Below are positions 14,002-26,100 of a DNA stretch of 64,000 nucleotides, in pieces. The stretch lies in assembly GCF_902652985.1 (NCBI RefSeq), contig NC_047027.1:12028001-12092000 (forward strand). Reading direction: 5' to 3'. The notes beneath the pieces were generated by a model. It saw only the letters and a list, made by a program, of their open reading frames with translations. It did not search any database and was not told the DNA's origin. The DNA is from Pecten maximus. Lineage: Eukaryota. The position numbers were made by a program, and so were the translations under genes. The stretch's first letter is position 1, and the number at the start of each line of letters is the position of its first letter.

Positions 14002-16780
14002 TCTTTTTTGTATTGTGCCTTGTACATGTTCCATTGATACCTCTTTTAGTATACAGTCTAAGATATTTCATGTATTTTATGTTATGCATGGGATATATTG
14101 GTTTGGTTTATTTTATTTTACCTAATACAACCAGGGTCATTTAAGAATGAGCTGGAGTACCCAGAGGAAAACGACCAACCTTCCATCCTAAGGTCACTTC
14201 CAGGCAGTTGCCACAGGGTTTCGAACTTGCAACCCAGAGGTGAAGGGCCAGTGATAAAATGTTATGATCAGGACACCTTGACCCCTTGGCTTCCACGGCC
14301 CATTTAATATGCATGTGAAAGATATTTGGTATGATGTTTAAAATCCCTAGAAAATCAAGTGTTTAACCTTATAAATAATAGTTATAAAACAATTACATTT
14401 GAATATCATGCAGCATACATACATGATAGCTTAGAGCTGAACCAATGAACTGGGGGCCTAATGGGGTATTAACTGTACTTGTGTCACTTCCATTTTCCAC
14501 CAAGTATGAAATGGGGCTGTTGCTGAGACTCTTTAAATGAGCAATATCGGATGTCGTCAGGGGCATTTTCCTGCAATGTAATTAATATATGTGATAAATG
14601 ATATTTAGGTTGAATTCTCTCAACTGTATATTCACATGTTAAACTTCTGCAGTTTAATTGATGAAATTGAAATATGTACATGAATGTATAAACAACAAAA
14701 TTAACCAATTTGTCAATCAAAACCTCAAAGGAAGTTCCACTACACTCTGTGTGTTACAAATAAATTAAACGATATATTGAATGGTGCGACTCATCCTACC
14801 AAAGGAATATGTATCTCAAAGAGTATCATACTATGTATACCTATTGTCAACAAAAGAGGCAATAACTGGTTTCCTTTTCCGATTCATATTGAGTGGTCTG
14901 GATATGACCATCTGCGACACAGGCTCTGGCTTTATTTTATGTCCTCTCGGTTTATCCCACTGCTGTGGTAAACTTGTTGATGAAGGCTGAGAGGGAACTT
15001 CTTTCAATCCAGCGATTTTCCACTCCTCAATTATAACTATCACAGCAAGAATGTGTGCACACTGTCCAGATATTCTGTAAATTTTGGTTTTCAATTATTG
15101 ATCTCTTGCAAACATATCGATGGCAATTGCAGTTGATTGTATTAATATTGACTTTTAAATACATTCCGGTATATACAATAAGGACTGCAAATAAAGAAGG
15201 TAAGATCTAAACAAAGATTTAAATGCTGTTATAAAAATGTACAGTAATTAAATTAGTTTAAAAAAAAAAACCAAGATTGATCAGATAAATCGATTTGTAA
15301 TTTGAATCAAATTTTTATTTTAAAATGTCCTTTAATTCAGTGCCATAATTATTGAGTTACTGAAGTATGTCCACACATATATATATATACATACCCATTG
15401 TTTAATGTTTAAAAATCTGTTTAACAGCTGCATGCATGTTAATATCAGGAACATCAAAATCCGTAAAAAAATTAACTGCTGGAAATGAAAATTTTACTTG
15501 TAGAAAATGTAATGTTGTTTCTGATAGGTAAAAGGAATAATCTTGGTTGTGTAGATGGACTGGACTGGGATGATCAGGATTAATTACCAGGTAGCTCAGT
15601 CATTAGTGTGTCTGGTAATTATAAGAGTACCGGCTGTCCCAGGTTTGAATCCTTTTTTCATTTGATATCTAATTAGGCTGTCGTAGGATGTTAAAAACCT
15701 GATAGCCATACATATTGTAGTCGCTATCATGATATGTGTAATGTAGCCTATTTAGGGCCTATACATCGGTACAATATGTTTTGACATATTCCATCATTGC
15801 TTTTAAATCATTTCATTTTAAACGATATGCATGCACCATTGCAACACGAATTTAATTTTATGATTTAAAAAGAAATATTTTGTGCAAGGACCCCATAACT
15901 TGTTTTAACAGCTTTGGCTTCCATTGGATATTGTAGTGAAAATCCAGGGAGAGCGAGCTGTTTTCTCAACAATATTTTGAAACTTTTTTTCTACTTTGAT
16001 AGATCTACTGATAGGCCTAATTTGGTTACATTGTTACAGTACTAGTCATCACATCAACTCTACTGTCAATAAGGCAAACAGAACATTCCCTTCCGGAATC
16101 AATTTATCTGCTTTGTTGATATCGATCTGTGATATATATTAATATGCTATGTGTACTAAACTGTAGGCCTAATTATTCTGAATTTTAATGTCTGTATTCA
16201 TGTTGTTTTCACAATTTTTAATTAAAATGATTTTTTCTTAATTTACACTTAATATTGTTCTATTTTCACTAGATCAGAATGGGAGATGCAGTGCCATTTC
16301 TATTGCATTTGTGACTCCACTAACGTCATGCATATTTCTTTTTGCCTTTCGTATTCATTCAACGTAACCTTACACACATAGGCTAACATGTTAGGCCTAA
16401 TTGATCACACACTGTACATGCACTCAAACAAAATACAAAAAGAAATAAAAACAAACAAACAACAAACAAATCAGAACATCTTAACTTGTTTATTATTCCT
16501 ACCCAGCTTTACAGCTGCAATGCGCATCTGTGATCTTCCGTTGATCGAGGTCTATATTGATGACAGTTGAGTGAGGGTCCTCCGACTTCCTCTGGCTGCG
16601 GTAAACCCGGGCCGATATACACGCATTTCTGCTGCTTTCGCCGCTAATTGTTACACATTTGATGTAGCTACCTCTTGCAAAAGAAATGGCCTTTTGTTTC
16701 TGTCGCAAGGAAGGAGTATAAGGCAGGTATGCCGCAGAAACGTCGTCGGGTATGTCGCCGAAAGCGGTCTTGCCCGCCAT
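11807..16780 (-). CDS. SWIM zinc-finger plus YqaJ/lambda-exonuclease-like protein, 4 exons, 479 aa
   Basis: Exons 16780-16503, 15074-14841, 14570-14423 and 12586-11807. All introns are GT-AG, phases 2/2/0 join in frame, total 1440 nt. The SWIM motif CSCKAG|ISGQCAH is completed across intron 1. YqaJ motifs are TRSQS..WFTERKKRITASNFG, YGKANE, GATPDAIV, VEIKCP and QVQGQL. Confidence 0.92.
14098..14302 (-). mobile_element. tRNA-derived SINE inside the transposon
   Basis: The minus strand shows an A-box-like GTGGAAGCCAAGGGG, a B-box GTTCGAAACC, a V-domain-like GTTTTCCTCTGGGTACTCCAG and the tail AAATAAACCAAACCAA. Confidence 0.65.
15588..15700 (+). mobile_element. degenerate tRNA-like SINE head inside the transposon
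   Basis: GGTAGCTCAGTC resembles an A box and GGTTTGAATCC resembles a B box. Confidence 0.4.
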
Positions 16781-17809
16781 ATTTGTTTACGTTTGATGAC
16801 GGGCCTTTCCTACTTGACAACCGTCGTTAAGGTGGGCGTGGTTAACTTTGATCTGGCGATCCCACAATTGCTCCCGACACTGGAACCTGGTAGTGGTTAA
16901 ACTTGCTCACCAGCTTCCTACAGCAATACAAGTGCTCCCGGCACTGTAACCTTGTGCATCTGCCTCGTACAGCGCAACAACACACTACCTCACGACTAAT
17001 GGACACTTATTCAGCGACCACCAATCGCTACATGAGAGACTTCTCAGTCTCTCCACAAAGACTTACTCAGCCTTCGTAGCTACCGGGGTTTGAAACCTGT
17101 CAGTTTCAATTAGAATCACGCCCACTTTTCAGCGGCATATTCTCCCCCCGATCACAGTTTGTAGCTGGCTATTTATCTGCCAGGCTATTCGGCGAGCCGT
17201 TGGTACCATTCATTTTCATATTGCACATTTCGCTCTAAAACCTTGTATCATCTTTATATACAAACACATTTATATGGTATATTATCTTTCTTATCAATCA
17301 AGGCTTAACAATTGTATGTAAAAGGGAGATAACTCCAACAGAAAACCAATTTTCCTTACACAATTATGATACGACAAAATCGTTAATTTTGGCCAACCAG
17401 CAATTAGAAATTTCTAACTTTACATACCAAGCTTGCTCTTGAAACCAGAGGGGTCAGCAATGTTCCGAGACGTGTTTTCAACAACAAACGTCTGCTTTAT
17501 TTATGATACCCTTCAGGTGACCATGCTATTTAAATCGAACTCCGAAACTAATAAAGCCCTTAATTATGTTAATTACTTCGTTCCACAGGGAAAGCATAAC
17601 TGTGAGATGTTGATTGCATTACGGAGACCTACATTGCACACACGTGGTGCTAGTTTCTGTTGAACAAGTTCAAATCCTACGGGGAAATGTTAATGGATAT
17701 TTCGCCTGTTCAGTGTAAGTAAGCATTCCGCAATTTGCATGTAATCATAAACCGAATGTGGCAATTAGAAATCCATCAAGGCGATCGTGTAATGACATTT
17801 TTTGTGTTT

Positions 17810-18090
17810 CTCAGTTACACCACGAATTCAACCCCATCCACTTGTGTGAGACGGTTGCGTGTAGTGAATGTATCTCCTTGTGAAAACATGCAACTGATGC
17901 CGACTTTGTAGTGCTACCTCACTGAAACATACTGCTTATGAATCCCATCCGGTCACTTTATATTGACCCCAGGCTAACTAGTTGTACAATGAACCGAGTT
18001 TCAAGCAGGAGTAAATCCACTACCAATGTTAGAGATAATGGCATGTCCGGGCCGAAGCCAAAATCCTTCCTCACAATGACAAACGCTTAG
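17810..18090 (-). mobile_element. old SINE relic of the 6864-7365 family
   Basis: GTGCTACCTCACTGAAACATACTGC and AAGCAGGAGTA match the 7037-7160 segment. Confidence 0.55.
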
Positions 18091-18352
18091 TACCTTACAT
18101 ACGTTGATAGTTACCGTTAATCATTATAGTATTAATGTTAATATGCTTTCGTACATCACAAATAGGCATTTCTATACACACCATCTGTAATATCCTGATG
18201 TATGGAACTGTACAAACGGACAGGTCTTTTTAACTACACTAAAGTAATAATTATTATATTGTTCGATGAGCATGGTTTGGTTTGGTTTATTTTGTTTAAC
18301 GTCCTATTAACACCATGAGCAGGTAAATATACCGGATAACTTTTATACACTA

Positions 18353-18813
18353 AGCTCCATTCTGATGGAGATGTTGCTCACGTTTTGCCTTGTGAGGAAG
18401 ATCTTACCCAGACTAGTTGTTTCTGTTTTAATTTCAGCTAACACCCAACATATAAACTTTGGCCAGTAGTGTGTCATAGCTCCATTCTGATGGAGATGTT
18501 GCTCACGTTTTGCCTTGTGAGGAAGATCTAGCCCAGAGTAGTTGTTTCTGTTTTAATTTCAGCTAACACCCAACATATAAACTTTGGCCAGTGGTGTGTC
18601 ATAGCTCCATTCTGATGGAGATGTTGCTCACGTTTTGCCTTGTGAGGAAGATCTAGCCCAGACTAGTTGTTTCTGTTTTAATTTCAGCTAACACCCAACA
18701 TATAAACTTTGGCCAGTAGTGTGTCATAGCTCCATTCTGATGGAGATGTTGCTCACGTTTTGCCTTGTGAGGAAGATCTAGCCCAGACTAGCTGTTTCTG
18801 TTTTAATTTCAGC
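18353..18813. repeat. 125-bp tandem repeat, ~3.7 near-identical copies
   Basis: AGCTCCATTCTGATGGAGATG... starts at 18353, 18478, 18603 and 18728. An isolated copy of the last ~40 bp of the unit lies at 19000-19038. Confidence 0.95.
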
Positions 18814-21229
18814 TCGGAAGTTAGCGATATCGACTGGTGTCCCCGTTGTCAATATGATATTTTGTGTTGGTCCTCACATTTCCATGTTCAGATTACCATT
18901 TTATTGTGACGGCACTATAAAAGCATCTGTCAGCTGCCAAATCATACCCAGACATTGCATTGAAACGAACTTACCGTGTTAAAAAAATATATAACCTTAC
19001 CCAAACATATAAACTTTGGCCAGTAGTGTGTCATAGCTTATATTAGAGTTATATAACTTTTATCTGTAAAGGCCTGCCTGTGACAACTTCTGTCTGCCGA
19101 AGTCAACGTCTTGTTAAAAGACATTGCTGAAAGTTATCGCTATATTTATTTAACAATTCCTAAAAATGTATAGTTGTATGTGTTTGATACAACTGTGTAT
19201 GTACACTTTAAATATGAAGTGAACGCGAATAATGTGTATAGAATATTTCATTTCAAAATATTTTATTATCAAGTAATACATGTATGTACAATAATATAAA
19301 GATATATAAATAAATGGATTAGACAATCAGATATAAATCAAAAATAATATATCTATTAATACGTTTCAAATATGTTGAGATTTAGTTCATCATATATACA
19401 CATATATAATGTTCATATTGTTAATTTGTTCAATTTTTTATTTGATGTCATTATTACTACCTATTCAATAATCATCAAGTTTACGGACTTCATACATGAC
19501 TAATTAATTGTATATATCACAAACATTGAGAACAAATATGTCTCTCCTACCAATACCTAGCTTTACAATTATTTTCATTCATTATGAGTTTACAACATAA
19601 ATAGAAAATAATTTCTTTGTGAAATTCACCATTGTTGGAAAAACAGAAACTAGACGAAACTATCGAATAGTGTCTGCTCCCGTAACATAGATAGGCATTT
19701 TGTAACCATGCAATAATTAGACGTTTCATTTATCTAGGTAAGTTTCTACAAGATGCAAATATTACAGAAATACGACACTAATGACTCGGATATGGAAATA
19801 ATACCTTACCTAACTTGATTATATATTTTCTTTACATATATCTAACTACACAGGCGTCAACGGGTGTCCGAGTCAGATTGTTGTTTTGAAAATTGGCAAA
19901 AAAAACCCAACATCAAACAAATGAAATATGAAGAACATGTCAATATGGATTGGTACACTCTACATAAGGTTTTAATGAAAAATGTGGCTTTAGCTACTCA
20001 AATCATGCGAAATGCTCTCTTGTAGGCTGAAAATCAATACAATCCAATACTTTTTCAACTGTTGTCAAACGATTGATCGCCAAATATACGGCTGCCAAAA
20101 AAAAATAAAAAATACCGGTATTAATGAATCCGAATGATTATTCTTGTTTGGAAGCACTAATTGACTAACCAGGAGCGTTGATCAACAATGCCTTTGATGG
20201 AATTCTTAATAAAACCACAAATACAATATTCGCACACGTAGCAAATTAGTTATTAATTAGTTCTTATTGGTACATCAACACTTTAAAGGCTATTAGGGTC
20301 AAAAAGATGGTGAGTACAAATAATGAATAAAAGTAGCAAAAAAGAAACAATGTCGGGCAACCAAAACATGTAAAAATGTAAATGTATATTGATAAACTAA
20401 CAATTAAATTGTAGTTTAAAATCAAAACGTGGCTATGGCTATTCAGACCTTGTACAGTCCAACAGCGTTCAGAAAGTTAAAAATTTTGTATATACTAACA
20501 GACCCGAACAGAGCATTCAGACTTGCTATGCTGTTATAAAAAATCGCATTGCAGTCCAATAAAAATGTTTAACGGTAAATGGTTCATTGCACACAACAAA
20601 AACTCAAATGAATAGAAATACAATATAAATATATCTAAATATATAATGAATATAACACAAATATATCATAAATAGAAGATAACATCTGATATAACAGAGA
20701 TACAATTAATGATACATGTATTCAAGTTATCATCATCAAACATTGTAAAGAAAATTATATTCAAATGCAATGATAACGATGGCGGAATCGATGGCCTTTT
20801 AAAGTAGACCCATAAAGGAATGTCTCTTTAGAATGTAATATTTCTACTTGACATTTAAAGTAGACCCATATAGGAAAGTCTCTTTCGAATGTGTTTTTTC
20901 TACTTGACTTTTACTTAGTTTTGTTTGATAACAATGATCAATTTGGTAATGAACGATGTAATTGTAGCATCAATTGTACTTAATCTGTACAAAATCAGTC
21001 AATAGATTTAGGTTCTCCCCGTTTGGGCAGAAGACTTAATAGGAAGGAGAATGCTGGGCAAGGTAATACATGTAAATGTTAAATACATATTATGTATATC
21101 GCATCCATGTATGTAAATACATTACGACCCAGGTATTCATATAATCTATTAGTCGACTTTCACTATGATATCATGACAGGATATTGGGCCGACCATCATT
21201 GCGCCATTGAAATGTTCTTTTTTATGATC

Positions 21230-21488
21230 GCCGATGTGTCACAGTGGTATAAGCTGCGGGTATTTCTAGCTAGGCGATTGGGTGTCGTAGATCGTGCGTT
21301 CGAGGCCCGGTCAGAGCAGGAGTAATGAAGTTGTCTTCTTCGTCAATTGTGTTACTGTGTTATATCTCAAATGATTAGCACAATGTATCATATGCACAAT
21401 GTGTTGGTGATTCGAAGATTTCTTTCGTAGTTGTAATGACCTTAGCTGTTAATAGGACGTTGAACAAAATAAACCAAACCAAACCAAA
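21230..21488 (+). mobile_element. tRNA-derived SINE
   Basis: Head GCCGATGTGTCACAGTGGTATAAG (A-box-like) and GTTCGAGGCCC (B-box-like). Tail GACCTTAGCTGTTAATAGGACGTTGAACAAAATAAACCAAACCAAACC, shared with other copies in the window. Confidence 0.7.
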
Positions 21489-23121
21489 TTGTACTGTGAT
21501 GAATATATATATCATTGGTCACACTGTTAGAATTACTTCTTTACCCTATATTAATTTTTCAAGTAATTCCTATCCTGCAAACAAAGTTTTGCAAGGATCC
21601 CTCGTTATCTGGATTCTGACCGTTTATATTAATTCCTTGACTCATATAAACGTTCAAGTTTTTATCAGGAGTTAATTAAATGTATAATTTGTTGTCAGTT
21701 AAGGTGATTTTTTGGTGCTAATTACAATACAGGATAGTGACACAATATCATAAAAGTCCAAAATGGTAGAATGTTTAAAAAAATATTTACAAATTCGTGA
21801 GATGACATTCTTCAAAATTAGGATTAGTTGACCAGAGTTGGAAAGTGCATCTAAGGAGGACAGTGGTAAACGGTAACACAATCATATATGGGGTATAATT
21901 TGGTTCCATGGTTTCTATAGACATTGCATTGACGGGTGGCTTAATCTACGAGTATAATAGACATTAACATTTACAACTTGTCAGGTCTATTACATACATG
22001 ACATTTACAAATGACTTACTATATTACACGTGTGTATAAATTTCAATTGCGAATAGCCTAGTATCTTATAGACATTACATTGAAAAATCGAATCAGGAGT
22101 CAATATATACGCAGTGCTATTTTTCAGTTAATACAAGTACAGATAAATTGCTGAATAGACTTTGCAAAATATCCCTTGTAGTTAAAATTGGTTTAGCATA
22201 TAGTAAACACTTAATATTATTTACATTTAATGCACACACCATTATCACAATTGTTTTGTACTAAAAATAGTGCAACCACTGTTAATCTATGATAACAATT
22301 CCACATTTATGGAGAATGCATGCATTGGAGTATTCTCCCTTTAACTAAACATTTCAGTTTTCAGGGTACATATTTGCTTGCCGTTACATTCAACCAGTCC
22401 TTGGGAAGGTGTAGACATTGAACAGATAATGAACTAATTGTTTTACCGGAAATACAATATTACTTTAAACATATTCCTTGAACTATCATACGCGAAACAT
22501 TAAACCATAACGATGATATCGTTTCCTTCACATCAAAACTGTTTCAAAGTATACAGCGTTGGAAACAAACATGCCGGCTTTTGTCATTCGGCGTCGTGGT
22601 TAGTTTAGTCATATTTATTTCCTACAGACTGAATAATACATAATACATATAAACATTCCCACAAATATTGTAAATGAATCATTAACCATACATGTCTATA
22701 AATACAAAGACACAAAAAACGCAACGTACGTACATGAATATCAGTAATACATCATGATGTTCTGCCAGTCGGCCCGTTTGAAAATAGATGAATACAGATA
22801 CCTTGCCGCATATTTATCCAGTCTAAAATGAATACAATTTCTTTATAAAAAATGTCAAATAATATTTCATAGCTTGCTATAATTAGTAAACTTTCTCCAA
22901 AGTCTATTTCATGTAAATGATGGGATCATTGTATCTCTTGGTTACAATATGAATTAATGACTAATTTGACGATTATGAATTGTCACCACGTTTTACAGGA
23001 AAACGAAAAGATATACAAAGTATGTATTGAAATAGCGATAATAATGGTATAAGAACCATCACAATCATTTTTATGGTTTTCGATATCTAGTGATTTCAAC
23101 CATCATCCGCGATACATCAAA

Positions 23122-26100
23122 TCACCCATCATGTAATGGAGAAACATAATGCTCATCTGTAGTCCAAAACTTCTTGCTTAAATTAACATTCATACTTTCA
23201 TTTAATTTGACTAGCAACTGTTGAAACACTATATTTTTTGTTATAGAATTTTCCAGGTCTGGAAAATGAACAGCAGACACGTCAGTTTTACGAGGAAAAT
23301 AATCAATTTCTATCTCCTGTAACATCATTCTTCTAAAAGCATAAAAATCCTTAATAGCTTGAAACGACATTTTATCTTAATATGTATTAACAAGTTCATC
23401 CGTCCTTTCTCCATTGAAGAAAGACAGTGATACCGAACGAATAAGGGAATATTCACTAAGAACATGCTGTCGATGGTTAACTTGTGCATTGAGATGCATT
23501 GCTTTCATCCAATAAATATTGTTTTGTCTCATATAACTGTATGTTTCCTCGAATTTTATTTCTAAGATAAACGAAGGGCATGTCCTCATATTAAATGTAT
23601 TTAAAATTACAGCATTTTTAATTACATTTCGAAACATTATCCGTAAGGGAGGTCTAGCATTTATCGATTCATCCCTACTGATGTTAAATCTGTCTAATGT
23701 ATGATTTGAAAATTTTGCTTCTATATCTTGCATATCAGCTGGAGTGAATTTGCTATCTAAAAGCGCCCGAGACAACTCGGGTGATATTTTAGCAAGATCA
23801 GTACATAAGCGCACTAACGGTCGAATGAAAAGCGATTTGTGCATTGCTTTCGTATGATATAAATACGGATGTGTTAACCTCGTTATGAAATGCACGTGTA
23901 CAGGAGCACTCATTAGTGTAGAAACGTTATCTGTGGCAAACATTTGTAAAAATACTAACTCGGCCATTTTGTCCGGAGAAACGTCGACCACAAACTTTTT
24001 ATGTAAAAATTCTATCACGTCAGAATGATCGAAAATCTTAGCAAAATACAAAGGAGTAAATGAATGTACATTTGTACACTTTAGAACGCGTCTGCGGAAA
24101 GCTTTATACATAGTCATTAACAGAGATAAATGACCTTTTATAGCAGCCCTGTGTACCAAACTTAAGTTTTTAGACTTTGGTTTACAGACATCAGCAAATC
24201 TTAGTTTGTTCAAATTCAACATTTGAGATAACATGTATGAAGAAGTCTTGTCAAAGTTCTTTGTCAGATTATAAAAATCCCTTTCGTAGTAATGACGGTA
24301 AAACTGTACTTTACCGTTGTTTATGTAAGACACTTTGTAAGTCATGAATAGACGCGACTTTAAGTGATCCATCAAGTAGATATCTGCATGCGACACACCA
24401 AGGGAAACCAGGTCTATAGCTTGAGAGGAAGGAAGCCCGCGTACAGTCATGCCCCTCTCTATCAAGAACTTCACTGCGACATAATTACCACCCATCACAG
24501 CATGGTGTAGTACATTGTAACCATCTCTATCATAGCATGTTTCCCAAAATGAAATAAGTTGGGATTTCAATACATTAAATGCCTCATCTTTTGTAAAATA
24601 AATCCAGTACCTATTATTTTCATTCCTTATTACTCTGTGAATAAGACTTTCCTCGAAGGTTTTGTTACAAAAGTCAGAGGTGTATTGCGACAATAAGCTT
24701 AACATACCCTTTGCAGGTTTTTCGACAGAAAAGAACGCCCTAAGTAGTTGTTTATCGGCGGATACAACCATATTCCTCGGCTGGAACATAATGATAGAAT
24801 ATAGGATGAATGTGTTACCCTTCATTACGGCCAATCTGTGGTACTTAGGAAAGTCCACTGATCGCTGGATATCTGATATTTTCTCCCGTAAAATCTGAAA
24901 TATTCTATAAATGACCGTTTCTTCCTTGCTCAAAATGCCATCATACTCAAAAAAATGTTGTTTCTTTAAAAGATCTATAATTGAACAGTTATCACATAAA
25001 GTGTTCTCGTGGTGGTGTGGTAAGTTGTCAAATGCAATATCTATAACATTTTTATTCATGTTGTTTACGTCTAATAAAAGTGATATATTAGACCTCAGGC
25101 AAAAAGGTATAATTACCTGATGATTTCCTATTTCAGCCGCAACATGTAGAAAAGTATTTAAGTTGTTGTCTTTTGTTGACGTACTCAACCTGTATTCATC
25201 TAGTAGAAGTAAAATGTCATCTTTACTTGTATATTCTACTCCTAAGACGCGGTAATGAAACAATCCCCTACCTGCTTTGTCTACCAGTTGTTTATTCGCA
25301 ACAACATAATGAGGGAGGATATAACGCCGCATACGACATCAATGCGTTACACAAAACGGCAGAGTGTATCGGCAGAGATCCATTTTTCGCAGACAAAAAT
25401 ACATTACTATCCCCAGCGCTTATAATATATTGTATCATTTCCCATTCGTTATTACAAGCTGCGTAGTGTAACGGCGTATTACCTGATTCATCTTGTACCG
25501 TCCAGTTTAGATATATGCCTTGAGACCGTAGATTTTCCGCTATTTCTTTTTCTCCGTTCATTGCGATAAGATGTTCTATTGTAGTCCCTAGTTGACACAT
25601 GCCATTATCTAAAGCCGTTTTCTCGTTGATATTGAACAATCGGAGGGAGTGTCTATTTGTTACATTGTATAAATGTTCACATTTGTCCGTAAAACTTCCT
25701 CCCTTGTCTAAAATAAGATCAAGTATTTCCGATCGGTTATACCTTACAGCCGTAAGAAGTGGGGTTCTACCTCCATACTCCCGACAATGTAGAGCGTTGG
25801 TTGTTTGTGCTAGTAGATAAGATACTATTTCAGTATAACCTCCTTGAACGGCAACTTCTAAAGCGGTTAAACATTCTATTAATCTTGTATCATCGTTTAG
25901 AACGAATGTCACATTCTCTAACTCTTCGTATTGATTGGGATCTGATAAATCAAAAGAAAAAATATCACTTATGTTAGAATATGGATGCCACTGCATTCGT
26001 TTAGTGATGTTAGCGATCCAGTGAATTCTATCTTCACATTTAACACAAACGTCCTTGACACTATGATTTAACAGTAATAGCACAGACCGCAGGTGACCAT

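Larger units (their letters stand above)
9951..16870 (+). mobile_element. ISL2EU-type (PIF/Harbinger-related) autonomous DNA transposon, apparently intact
   Basis: Perfect 20-bp inverted repeat, CAATTGTGGGATCGCCAGAT (9951-9970) and ATCTGGCGATCCCACAATTG (16851-16870), which includes the palindromic target CAATTG. It encloses a THAP plus Harbinger-type DDE transposase and a SWIM plus YqaJ exonuclease, the gene pair characteristic of ISL2EU. Confidence 0.92.

Noticed and set aside
9420-17315. Solo LTR enclosing the transposon (TGTAAC...TTAACA)
   Set aside because: No matching target-site duplication or other LTR hallmarks were found.
21230-21320. tRNA gene (also 15588-15655 and ~47345-47430)
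   Set aside because: A and B boxes are present but there is no convincing cloverleaf, and the 21230 copy continues into a SINE body and tail.
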